Origin: Azolla caroliniana
Taxonomy: Eukaryota > Plantae > Polypodiophyta
Reading direction: 5' to 3'
NCBI GenBank assembly: GCA_043228905.1
Contig: JBHGNT010000003.1
Coordinates: 25,110,001-25,174,000, forward strand
Length of the DNA: 64,000 nucleotides
A model generated the notes under the pieces. The model was not told where the DNA came from and made no database searches. It saw only the letters and a program-made list of their open reading frames with translations. Positions 51,301-62,813 of this stretch are shown one piece after another. How positions within the stretch are numbered: the first letter of the stretch is position 1; the number at the start of each line of letters is the position of its first letter. The position numbers were made by a program, and so were the translations under genes.

Positions 51301-54124
51301 TCCATGGATGTTTTGATTGGAGTAAAAGCCTACATTGGGGAAGAAGCTTTTATGACCGGTTAACCTTCACACATATGGAAACTGATTTGTTTAGTTTTTG
51401 TTTGCATAAACAAGTGAGGGTGGTCGCAAATGATGGATCAAATTGGGTCTTAGATTCGGCGCATCCACAAAAGGTGAATCGTTTTTGGAGGTTTTGGATT
51501 TTTGGAAAGGAGATCAATATCTCGATTAACCTGGGATCCCTAGAACTGTATTGGAAAGTGTTTGTTCAAGCTCAGATAAAACATGTACCTTTTTTCAGAT
51601 TTCTGTGAAGATTAGTAGAAAAATATTAGGTGTTAGATCATGGAAGGAATTGGCTACAAATGTTTTCTGGAGACTGAACGTGCTTTCTCCACAACATCTC
51701 AAGCAATTTTGGAAATGGTTGTGGGGCATAAAAATGAGTACGAAAATTGTTTGTTTTCGATGGTTGTCGGTTCATAGAGTTATATCAGTTAATGGTTGGC
51801 AAAAGGGGTGAATGCAGACAATATATGCCCTTTCTGTAGGAATCTAGTGGAGACTACTAAGCATTGCTAGTGGAGTTGTGACTTTGCGATGGAAATCCTC
51901 GAGCATTATGGGTGGTAGTACAAGATAAAACAATGGTATATGAACAAGAAGATGTTGCAGATGCTCTTGGTATGAGACATGGTCTGATGCGAAAAACAAT
52001 TATACCTCTGAATCCACTAATAGAGACTGATAAACCATAAATATGGCAATTGCTAAGTAGTATCGCAATTTGGTATATTAGGAAGGCTAGATGTTTGAAG
52101 TTATTCCAAAATGTGGCTGAAAGATTTGCCCAGATAATTTCTGGGATTTGGATAGAGATTTTGCATAATCTCAGAGGTTCTTTGGATAACATATAAGGTA
52201 ATACGCAACAGGCAGAGTTACAACGATTGGAGTTTCATGCCAAATAGGACAAATGAATATTTTATAGGCGAATTTCTGATAAGGTGGAGTGGTTCTACTT
52301 TACATCGAAGTATTTATTTAAGCTGACAATTAGAACTTAGTACGGAGTCATTACCTAAATGTACATATTTCATGTGTAGCCTTAAGACGTCTTCTTAATA
52401 CTAACGTAGTTTCTTTCTTCGAAAAAAATACATTCTTCTTTTAGTTACATCATAAAATGTTGTCTTGTCTATGAGAACAACAAACCAAACTCGTATACCT
52501 AAATCTAGGGCACTGAAGAATCTATCTTTTCTTTGCTTCATTCTGTCTGGATGGTACATTATTATAGTTGGTAACCCAAAAGTGATATTTCTTGGTAAAA
52601 TATAGTGACACATGAAGAAGAAGAATCCTAGAGTGAGATGCTGCCAACCACCATCCGGGGATATTGTAGTTGAGATCTTTAAAGTATCTCCTATGCTCCT
52701 AAGAATCTTGTTCATAAACAAGATGAACTTGACAACCACCTCCCATTCAAGGGGCGAGAATGGCCTAGCATCGAATAGAGGAACCTGCGGTGGCTTTCTT
52801 TGCCAATATTAGGTCAGTTCTTGACATTTATGACAGTTTGTTAGGGGTTCACAACAGGTGCTGTGACGCTAAAAGCTACGCACGTAGCATTATGTTTGTA
52901 TACACATGTTCTCACTTGCACATACTTGTAATGGTGGACTCCCTCTGCTTTAATTAAACGTCATTAAACCCTTCTGTGGAGAGAATCTTTTTCTCTGCCA
53001 GGAAAACATTGCTGAGCTTAGTTGTTTGGTGAGTTCTCTTCCTGTAGTATTGATCTGTCAAATTCAACAGGCTACAGATTTGTTTCCTTCCTAGATGTGG
53101 CTCAATGATATCAAAGGTTTTTTACCTCAAGGATGACTGAACTTTACTCATGTCATCTGAAATATCACTAATTTCTTTATCACAGTTTTTTACAGAATGT
53201 TGACGGCCTACACCTGAAATCTGGGATACCGAGGAGTTATCTGGCAGAATTACATGGGAGCTCTTTTCGTGAAGTATGCTCCTCATGTGAAAAAGAGTAA
53301 GAAATGATAAATTTTAACACATCTTGATTAAATTAAAGACATAACATTGCTTCTGCAGTATTATGCATCTTTCTTATGAAAGTGATTGATGCAGCTGGTC
53401 AGTACACCATTTTCCTTGTTTCTTAAAAACAAAAAATCTGATTTCATACTAGCAGTTTGAGGTTCTTTATGCATATTATGCAGCTTTCTGCAATATTATG
53501 CATCTTTCTTATGAAAGTGATTGATGCAGCTGGTCAGTACACCATTTCCCTTGTTTCTTAAAACAAAAAATTTGATTTCATAGTAGCAATTTGAGGTTCT
53601 TTATGCATAATTCGGTACCTTTAGTTCCTATGTGTTAGGGGTTTTATTTGGAAGGACTCTACTTCATGTAGATTTTTTATATGAAATTACCAACACATTT
53701 TGAACTAATCCATGTTGCAAATGAGTATTACCTTATATTAAGTCCCAGTAATGAGTACTAAGCAGTTTTCAGTAATTTTCTTTCAAGACTAGTTCAGATA
53801 TCATCAGTCCTATTCAGGGTGCATAATTGTGAATCACTGTATTTTAAATCAGATATATTCGTGATTTTGAGGTGGAAACCATTGGCATGAAAGCCACAGG
53901 GCGGCGATGCTCTCAACCAAGATGTCGTGGAAAATTGAAGGACACAGTTTTAGACTGGGAGGTCAGCAACATGTTAATGCGATTAATAAGTAACAAAATA
54001 GTAGGAATTTTCACGATTTCATATTCCAATTTATGTGTTTGCAGGATGCACTTCCTCCAAAGGAATTACAGCCTGCTGAAGCACATTGTAAAGAAGCTGA
54101 TGTTGTACTTTGTTTAGGAACAAG
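44866..54124 (+). CDS. SRT1: NAD-dependent deacetylase SRT1 (SIRT6-like sirtuin), exons 1-7; remainder lies beyond the window
   Basis: [51 protein letters not shown], two Cys pairs, [13 protein letters not shown] and ADVVLCLGT. Exons 44866-44964, 50686-50715, 50878-50970, 51054-51173, 53196-53296, 53853-53961, 54045-54124, all GT-AG. Confidence 0.95.
45300..46200 (-). mobile_element. Decayed LINE 3' fragment in SRT1 intron 1
   Basis: Broken frame [27 protein letters not shown]...PFQY and later HRAIGQL, resembling the post-RT region of LINEs. Confidence 0.45.
46202..47303 (-). mobile_element. Solo-LTR-like remnant 1
   Basis: Bounded by the inverted ends TGTGATG..CATCACA. Its minus-strand start TGTGATGTGGCATGCCCGAAGGT matches 48874. 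It has a TATA-rich tract, short tandem repeats at 46290-46410, and no clear TSD. Confidence 0.6.
47690..48360 (-). mobile_element. 5'-truncated LINE, C-terminal CCHC region
   Basis: [22 protein letters not shown] is a CxxC..E..H...C finger, preceded by a LINE-like stretch [13 protein letters not shown]...QPYL. Confidence 0.75.
48874..50045 (+). mobile_element. Solo-LTR-like remnant 2, related to remnant 1 and in the opposite orientation
   Basis: Starts TGTGATGTGGCATGTCCGAAGGT, with TATA box ctataaaagg near 49146 and gagctttcgactct-type tandem repeats at 49740-49960. The 3' boundary is uncertain and no TSD was found. Confidence 0.55.
49053..49110 (+). promoter_or_regulatory. tRNA-like Pol III A-box/B-box module inside LTR-like remnant 2
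   Basis: A-box TGGCCTAGTGG (49055-49065) and B-box GAGTTCGAATC (49097-49107) at tRNA-like spacing. A homologous module lies on the minus strand at ~47141-47195. Confidence 0.6.
51300..52340 (+). mobile_element. L1-type LINE 3' fragment (zf-RVT region) in SRT1 intron 4
   Basis: [23 protein letters not shown]..., [17 protein letters not shown] and [17 protein letters not shown], with stops and frameshifts. Confidence 0.8.
53350..53610. repeat. ~136-bp tandem duplication in SRT1 intron 5
   Basis: ttctgca.tattatgcatctttcttatgaaagtgattgatgcagctggtcagtacacc...gaggttctttatgcata occurs twice, nearly identical. Confidence 0.9.
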
Positions 54125-57100
54125 GTATTTTACTATCTACATATGCAAGCTGCCAACCTTTCATAATTCTCATTCTATTGCTAGTAATTTGATTTCAATT
54201 CAAGCACTATTCTTAGTAAAGATGTGCAGAAATACCATGTTCCAATTATAAGGTATTCGAAGGTCCGGGCCTTCTTTCCCAACACAAGTTGTTCATGAGT
54301 CATGGAGAACTTTTGTATTTTCTTCACTCTCATCTGATCCTGACAAAAATAAGTTTATTTTGCTAGTAATTTGTTTCTTTTTTAATGATTTCTACCGATT
54401 GAATTCTCTTAGTTATGGCTAGTCAGTTCCAACAGCTAGTTAGCCCAATGGCCAGATCTTGGCCTTTATAAAGAGGAACTTTCTCCTCTTGTAAAGATGA
54501 GCGATCTCTGTATTTTCTCCCTCCTGTTGTGGCTTACCGATGTATATTATTGGACAAATGTGCTTTCTCATTTTTCTATTTGGTATCAGAGCATAGATCT
54601 GCCCCTCTGCAAAACCCTAGATCCACCCCTCTGCTGGTATGATAGAGATTGGAACAATGTCCTAGTATCCAAGAGAGGAAAGGGGGCTTCTCCTTTTGGG
54701 ATGACATTGCTATGTGATTGAGAGGCGACTTGAGAAAAGAAGTCAGAAGAGGAGAGCAGAGATAGGCTAAGTTGAGAAGATGGATGAGGTGTTCTCAAAA
54801 TGAATGAGAATGAGGTGAAAACATTGGTGAAATACATGAAGTAGGCTGAGATTGTAGCATCTAGAAGTGTGATAGGAACACAACCACCACCTCGACTTGA
54901 ACTCCTCCCAATTGAGTTCAAACTCGATGAACCAGCCACGTACTTGATCTGGTCGCGTCGGATTACGGGTGCCTTGGCAAGGATAAGCCTTGACGGCTAC
55001 CTAACGGTGGAAGAGAAAGAACCTCATGTTAAAATGAGTAGTGAATGAAAAGCATGGAGAGCTACCCACATGTCTTTGTATACGTGGCTTCTCAACTCCA
55101 CGGTTCCATCAATCACCACAACTGTTGATGGAATTTTAAGTGTGAAAGAGATTTGGGAGAAATTGCAAAAGACATATGCTAGGAGGGGAAATAACATGAG
55201 AGTATTTCAAATCGAGCAGGAGATAGATGCCGTCTGGCAGGGAGATAGGATGATTCAGGAATATGCCATAGAGCTGGAGCGTCTATGGGTAGAATATGAT
55301 CATTTCTCGCCCGTGACAGTGTGCAATGATCCTCAATGTAAGAGCAAGGAGGTTTTTGCCCAAAGAAGAACCATGCAATTTTTGAAACATCTCAACCCAT
55401 CGTTTGATCAAAGAAGGGCAGTTCTTCTAGCCAAGGCTGAAATTCCCACACTTCATGAGGCAATTGCGATTATGATACAGGAGGAGAGTAGAATGAAGCT
55501 GCTCGCTGACACCACCGGACTTCCAAGGGTACGATCGGCACTAATGGTGTCGAATTCGAGTGGAAGTGAAAATCGAAAATGCTACAATTGTTGTGCAGCT
55601 GGTCATTTAAAGAATGCTTGCTCTAAACCATGTAAGGAGAGAGAATATGGAGGACGTGGACAAACTAGAGGTCATGGTCGAGGGGGCCGAAGAGGTGGAA
55701 GAGGTCACCAAGCAAACTTGATGGTAGCAGAAGAAGTGGAAGGAACTAAGGTGGTGCTCACTGAAGAGAATCAAGCTCTCTTAGAAATACTTAGGAGGAA
55801 GCAAAAAGCTGCAAATGATACTTCATTCATGTCAAGAGGTAACGTTGCCACCTATGCTCATTCGGCCACAAGTACTAGCAACAAAAATACTCTTGCCTCT
55901 ACACCAGAATGGATAATTGATTCTGGTGCATCTAGGCATGTGATAAGTAATGTTAGTGAATTCTCCTCGTATACTCACTTATCAATGCCAGAAAGCATTC
56001 AAATTGCTGACGGTACAACCTGTAGTGGGTATAGGTACAGTAAAATGTACCAACTCTATGACATTGTCTAATGTGTTGCATGCTCCTTCTTTCCCGGTAA
56101 ACTTATTATCCATAAGTTGTATCATACACCAACTAAAATGTGTTGTTTCTTTTGATATTCCCACGGTGATATTCTAGGAGAAAGGGATAGGTCGGAGACT
56201 TGGGCCTGGTACAAGGCATAGTGGACTATGGTATTTGGATCTTGAAGGGCTGGATTCAGCATTAGCATATATGGTAGAGGGAACAGATGTAAGGGGATCT
56301 AAAATGAGTCATGAGGAGTTGTTGATACTTTACCACCAATGTATGGGACATACTTCTTATGGCGTTTTGAATCGGGTGTATCCACGCCTTTTTGAAAAGG
56401 CTGATAAAACAAAACTTGTTTGTGATGCATGTGAATTTGGTAAGCTTACTAAAAGCTCATATGCTAGTTCAGGTCATAGGAGTTCCCATGCATTTGATGT
56501 AATACACTCCGATGTTTGCGGACCATGTTCCACAAGTTCTATTAATGGATATCGATATTTTGTCTCTTTAATTGATTGCTTCTCTCGTGTGACTTGGTTA
56601 TATTTGATGAGGAAAAAGAATGAAGTATTTGCTTGTTTTAAAGATTTTCGTAGAGCAGTTCAAACTCAATGTGGTGCAGTAGTAAAAGTTAATGGAACAG
56701 AGTATGCTAACATAACATTTAGGGCATACCTCTCAGATCAAGGAATACAACATCAAACTACATGCCTGTATACACCAACACAAAATGGTGTAGCAGAGAG
56801 GAAGAATAGACATTCTCTAGAGGTAACAAGAAGCGTGATGATTTCTATGAATGTTCCAAAGCAGCTGTGGGGATAGGCAGTTTTGATGGCTACTGCATTG
56901 ATCACTAGAATGCCCTCTAGAGTATTGGAGTGGAAGTCTCCATGTGAGTTGTTGCAAGGGAATAACCCTAGAATCCTTCCTTTGAAGGTGTTTGGATGTG
57001 TGTGTTTAGGACAGTAGAACATCTATAGGAAGACTTGATCTTAGAGCTGTGAAATGTGTATTTGTGGGATACTCTGCCACACAAAAAGGCTATGTTTGTT

Positions 57101-57331
57101 GGAGTCCAATAGAGAAGAGATTATCTGTGAGCATGGATGTGCATTTCAGAGAGTCAGAGCCATATTATAAACAAGTGGTAACTTCACCCTATGGTGACTT
57201 AATTGAGACTAAAAATATGAGGGAAGGAGATAATGGTGAGAGGTTGCTAAAAATAGGATCAATTCCTTTACTGATCCCTACATCAGCTGAGAAACAAGTG
57301 AACGTAGGAGATAAGGAAGAAGAAGGAAAAG

Positions 57332-60300
57332 TAAAGAAAAATGAGAAGGCACATCTGTGCAGTAATATACATTGGTATGTCAAAATAGGAGGGAGAAAAT
57401 ACAGAGATCACTCATATTTACATGAGGAGAAAGTTCCTCTTTAGAAAGGCCAAGATCTGGCCATTGGGCTAACTAGCTGTTGGAAGTAACTAGCCGTTGG
57501 GCTAGATGTTATAACTTTTAAACATTCTCAACACTCCCCCTCAAGATGGGCGAAAAATATCCACTAAGCCCATTTTGTGACACAATCTAGTAAGACTTAT
57601 TGGCCCAAGTGCCTTTGTATGACAATCTGCTACTTGATGTTCAGTAGAAACATGACTCAATTTTAATATTCCATTATCAAGCTTTTCCTTGATAAAGAAT
57701 TTGTCGATTTCGATGTGCTTGGTCCTATTGTGTTGTACCGGATTGTTGGCAATGCTGATTGCTGACTTATTGTCACACCACAACATCATCTGATTTTCCT
57801 GATTCACCTTTAGTTCTACTAGTAGAGTTCTCAGGCATAACATCTCCGCAACTCCTATAGCAATAGCTCTATACTCTGCTTCGGCTGTTGACCTTGCTAC
57901 TACTGACTGTTTCTTACTCTTCCAAGAGACCAGATTGCCTCTAACAAACATACAGTATCCTGATGTGGATTTCCTATCATCAGCACAACTGGCCCAATCA
58001 GAATCACAATAGCCCTCAATGTTAAAATGACCATGTTTTCTAAAGATTAATCCCTTCCCCGGGGCACCTTTGAGATATTTTAGAATATGGTACACTGCAT
58101 CCATATGATCTTTCCTCGGATCATGCATGTAGCGACTTACCACACTTACTGCAAATGAAATATCTGGACGGGTGTGAGTCAAATAAAACAGCCCACCTAC
58201 CAATCTTTGATACCTTTCACGATCAACTTTCTCTCCTTCAAGTTCAGTTAGCTTGATCTTTTGGTCGATTGGAGAAGCTACGGGCCTACAACCCAACATT
58301 CTAGTTTCTGTGAGAAGATGTAATACATATTTTTGTTGAGATAGAACAACTCCTTTTGCTCCACCCTCAATTCCAAGAAAGTATCGTAGCAATCCTAGAT
58401 CCTTCACCTCAAACTCTTTACCCAATTGCACCTTCAGTTGGGCAATTTCTCCTTCATCGTTACCCGTGATAATTATATCATCCACATACACAGTAAGTAA
58501 TGTAGTATGCTCCTTGTGTTGTCAAAAAAACACTGTATGGTCTGCATTCGTCTGTTGGTATCCCATACCCACCATAGCCCTTCTTAACATGTCTAACCAG
58601 GCTCGAGGAGATTGCTTCAGTCCATAAAGCGACTTTTTTAGTATGCAAACCTTACCTATTGTTTGAATTGTACCAAAACTTGGGGGGACATCCATGTACA
58701 CTTCCTCCGTCAACTCTCCATGAAGGAATGCATTTTTTACATCTAATTGATGTAATTTCCAATCCTTATTCACTACTAAGGAAATAAGTGTTCTAACAGT
58801 GCTCATCTTCACATCAGGTGCAAAAGTCTCATCGTAGTCAATGCCATATGTCTGACAATATCCTTTAGCCACCAATTGTGCCTTGTATCGATCCATTTTT
58901 CCCTTTGGGGTCTGTTTTATTGTAAACACCCATTTGCACCCAACCGCCTTCTTTCCTGGTGGTAGTGACCCAATCTCTCAAGTTTTGTTCTTCTCAAGAG
59001 CAATATCATGAGGAAAACCATAACGATTAGGAGGGACTCTTGCATTACTGCGAGAGGCCCATATCACCTCTGATTTTTGGGTTTGGGAGTTCTGTAGGTA
59101 TTTCAGAAGTCGAGGCAGGTCGGGACTAGGGATCGGCAATGGTTCAGTTTAGGAGTTTTCAAACCTGAACCGAACCAAACCAAACCAAACCGATTTATGA
59201 ACCGGTTTGGGAAACGGCTTGAAAACCGGTTTGTGAACTGGTTTGGGAGAAAACAACAATACTCTTACATTGAATATTGAACTTCATAACACAATTCTAT
59301 TACAATTTATTATTGAACTTCATAAGACAATTCCATTACAATTTATCATTGAACATTCCCCCTCCAATATGCTCCAAATGTAGAATGGTTACAAGGCTTA
59401 GAGAAAAACAACAAGAAAACATAAAATGAGAAATTCATTGTTTGTGTCGATGGACTGGTCACTATTTGTGTCGAGAGTCCTATTACCTAAGTCGTATGTC
59501 TGTGTCAAGAGTCCTATTGCCTAAGTCGTCACTCTGGAGTCTATGTGTAGACAATAGACTCGGGACTCGTGACTAGTTAGAAGTTAAAACTTAGACTTGA
59601 GTCACCACTATTTAGACTTGAGTTAGAACTTAGACTCGTGACTAGTTATTAAGTCTTTGAAAAACCAATGTTCGTTCAAGTAACATGAAAATCATTTATA
59701 GGACGGAAGTGATATGGCCCAATCTAATTCATCTGGAAGACCACGATGTCTGCCCAATAGCATTACGCAAATAAGGAATTACTAATTAAATCACTTAAAC
59801 GTCTTGGACGGCTTGAGCCGGTTTGGCTCGGCTCAAGCCAAGTGGAGCCAAGCTCAAGCGTAAACCGAGCCGCTTAAGCCAAACGGTTTAGGCTTGAGCC
59901 GAGCCGTTGCCGATCCCTAATCGGGACATGGAACTTGATGGCACATGTGGCATTGAAGATGTGTTCATATTTCCGTCTTTCTGCCTCCTCTTCCTTTTAT
60001 ACACCTTTAGCTCCCAACACATATAGGCTACTCATCTTCGTTTCCTTCTTCTTCCGTACCTCCTACGCTCACTTGTTTCTCAGCTGATGTAGGGATCAGT
60101 AAAGGAATTGATCCTATTTTTAGCAACCTCTCACCATTATCTCCTTCCCTCATATTTTCAGTCTCAATTAAGTCATCAAAGGGTGAAGTTACCCCTTGTT
60201 TATAATATGGCTCTGACTCTCTGAAATGCACATCCATGCTCACAAATAATCTCTTCTCTACTGGACTCCAACAAACATAGCCTTTTTGTGTACCAGAGTA

Positions 60301-62813
60301 TCCCACAAATACACATTTTATAGCTTTAGGATCTAGTTTTCCTACAGATGGTCTACTGTCCTTTACAAAACACACATCCAAACACCTTCAAAGGACGGAT
60401 TCCAGAGTTATTGCCTTGCAACAACTCACATGGAGACTTCCACTCCAATACTCCAGAGGGCATTCTATTGATCAATGTGGCAGCCGTCAAAACTCTACCT
60501 GTCCCCACAACTGCTTTGGGACATTCATAGAGATCATCATGCTTCTCGTCACCTCTAAAAGATGTCTATTCTTCCCCTCTACTACATTTTGTTTTGGTGT
60601 ATATGGACATGTAGTTTGATGTTGTATTCCTTGATCTGAGAGGTATGCCCTAAATGTTATGTTAGCATACTCTGTTCCATTAACTTTTACTTCTGCACCA
60701 CATTGAGTTTGAACTGCTCTACGAAAATCTTTAAAACAAGCAAATACTTCATTCTTTTTCCTCATCAAATATAACCAAGTCACACGAGAGAAGCAAGTCA
60801 CACTCCTCATGACTCATTTTAGATCCCCTTACATCTGTTCCCTCTACCATATATGCTAATGCTGAATCCAGCCCTTCAAGATCCAAATACCATAGTCCAC
60901 TATGCCTTGTACCAGGCCCAAGTCTCCGACCTATCCCTTTCTCCTAGAATATCACCGTGGGAATATCAAAAGAAACAACACATTTTAGTTGGTGTATGAT
61001 ACAACTTATGGATAATAAGTTTACCGGGAAAGAAGGAGCATGCAACACATTAGACAATGTCATAGAGTTGGTACATTTTACTGTACCTATACCCACTACA
61101 GGTTGTACCGTCAGCAATTTGAATGCTTTCTGGCATTGATAAGTGAGTATACGAGGAGAATTCACTAACATTACTTATCACATGCCTAGATGCACCAGAA
61201 TCAATTATCCATTCTGGTGTAGAGGCAAGAGTATTTTTGTTGCTAGTACTTGTGGCCGAATGAGCATAGGTGGCAACGTTACCTCTTGACATGAATGAAG
61301 TATCATTTGCAGCTTTTTGCTTCCTCCTAAGTATTTCTAAGAGAGCTTGATTCTCTTCAGTGAGCACCACCTTAGTTCCTTCCTCTTCTTCTGCTACCAT
61401 CAAGTTTGCTTGGTGACCTCTTCCACCTCTTCGGCCCCCTCGACCATGACCTCTAGTTTGTCCACGTCCTCCATATTCTCTCTCCTTACATGGTTTAGAG
61501 CAAGCATTCTTTAAATGACCAGCTGCACAACAATTGTAGCATTTTCGATTTTCACTTCCACTCGAATTCGACACCATTAGTGCCGATCGTACCCTTGGAA
61601 GTCCGGTGGTGTCAGCGAGCAGCTTCATTCTACTCTCCTCCTGTATCATAATCGCAATTGCCTCATGAAGTGTGGGAATTTCAGCCTTGGCTAGAAGAAC
61701 TGCCCTTCTTTGATCAAACGATGGGTTGAGATGTTTCAAAAATTGCATGGTTCTTCTTTGAGCAAAAACCTCCTTGCTCTTACATTGAGGATCATTGCAC
61801 CAGAATCAATTATCCATTCTGGTGCAGAGGCAAGAGTATTTGCGTTGCTAGTACGTATGGCCAAATAAGCATAGGTGGCAACGTTACCTCTTGACATGAA
61901 TGAAGTATCATTTGCAGCTCTTTGCTTCCTCCTAAGCATTTCTAAGAGAGCTTGATCCTCTTCGGTGAACACCACCTTTGTTCCTTCCTCTTCTTTTGCT
62001 ACTATCAAGCTTGCTTGATGACCACCTCTTCAGCCCCCTCGACCATGACCTCTAGTTTGTCCACGTCCTCCATATTCTCTCTCCTTAGATGGTTTAGGGC
62101 AAGTATTCTTTAAATGACCAGCTTCACCACAATTGTAGCATTTTCGATTTTCACTTCCACTTGAATTTGGACCATTAGTGCCGATCGTACCCTGGGAAGT
62201 CTGGTAATGTCAAAGAGCAGCTTCATTCTACTCTCCTCTTGTATCATAGTCGCAATTGCCTCATCAAGTGTGGGAATTTCAGCCTTGGCTAGAAGAACTG
62301 CCCTTCTTTGATCAAACGACGGGTTGAGATGTTTCAAAAATTGCATGGTTCTTCGTTGAGCAGAAATTTCCTTGCTCTTACATTGAGGATCATTGCACAT
62401 GTCACAGGCGAGAAATGATCGTATTCTGCCCATAGACGCTCCAGCTCTATGGCATATTCCTGAATCATCCTATCTCCCTATCAAACAACATCTATCTCTT
62501 GCTCAATTTGAAATACTCTCATGTTGTTTCCCCCTTTCCTCTCTTGGATGCTAGGACAGTGCTGTTCCAATCTCTGTCATACCAGCAGAAGAATGGATCT
62601 AGGGTTTTGCAAAGGGCTGATCTAGGGTTTTGCAAAGGGGCGGATCTATGCTCTGATACCATAAAGAAAAATGAGAAGGCACATCTGTGCAGTAATATAC
62701 ATTGGTATGTCACAATAGGAGGGAGAAAATACAGAGATCGCTCATATTTACATGAGGAGAAAGTTCCTCTTTATAAAGGCAAAGATCTGCCCGTTTTTTA
62801 AACATTCTCAACA
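57332..62813 (-). mobile_element. Ty1/copia element B, same family as A, nested in A in inverted orientation
   Basis: 5-bp TSD AAAAG (57327-57331, 62814-62818). 5' LTR 62662-62813 and 3' LTR 57332-57533 (TGTTGAGAA..CTTTA). PBS TGGTATCAGAGC at 62650-62661 and PPT GAGGGGGAG next to the 3' LTR. RT/RH ORF at 57541-58491. Confidence 0.95.
59127..59919. mobile_element. Non-autonomous hAT element inserted in copia B
   Basis: TIR TAGGGATCGGCAA(T/C)GG / CCGTTGCCGATCCCTA and 8-bp TSD gtcgggac/atcgggac (1 mismatch). Subterminal AAACC and GAGCC repeats. The empty site is visible in copia A near 62931-62960. Confidence 0.92.
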
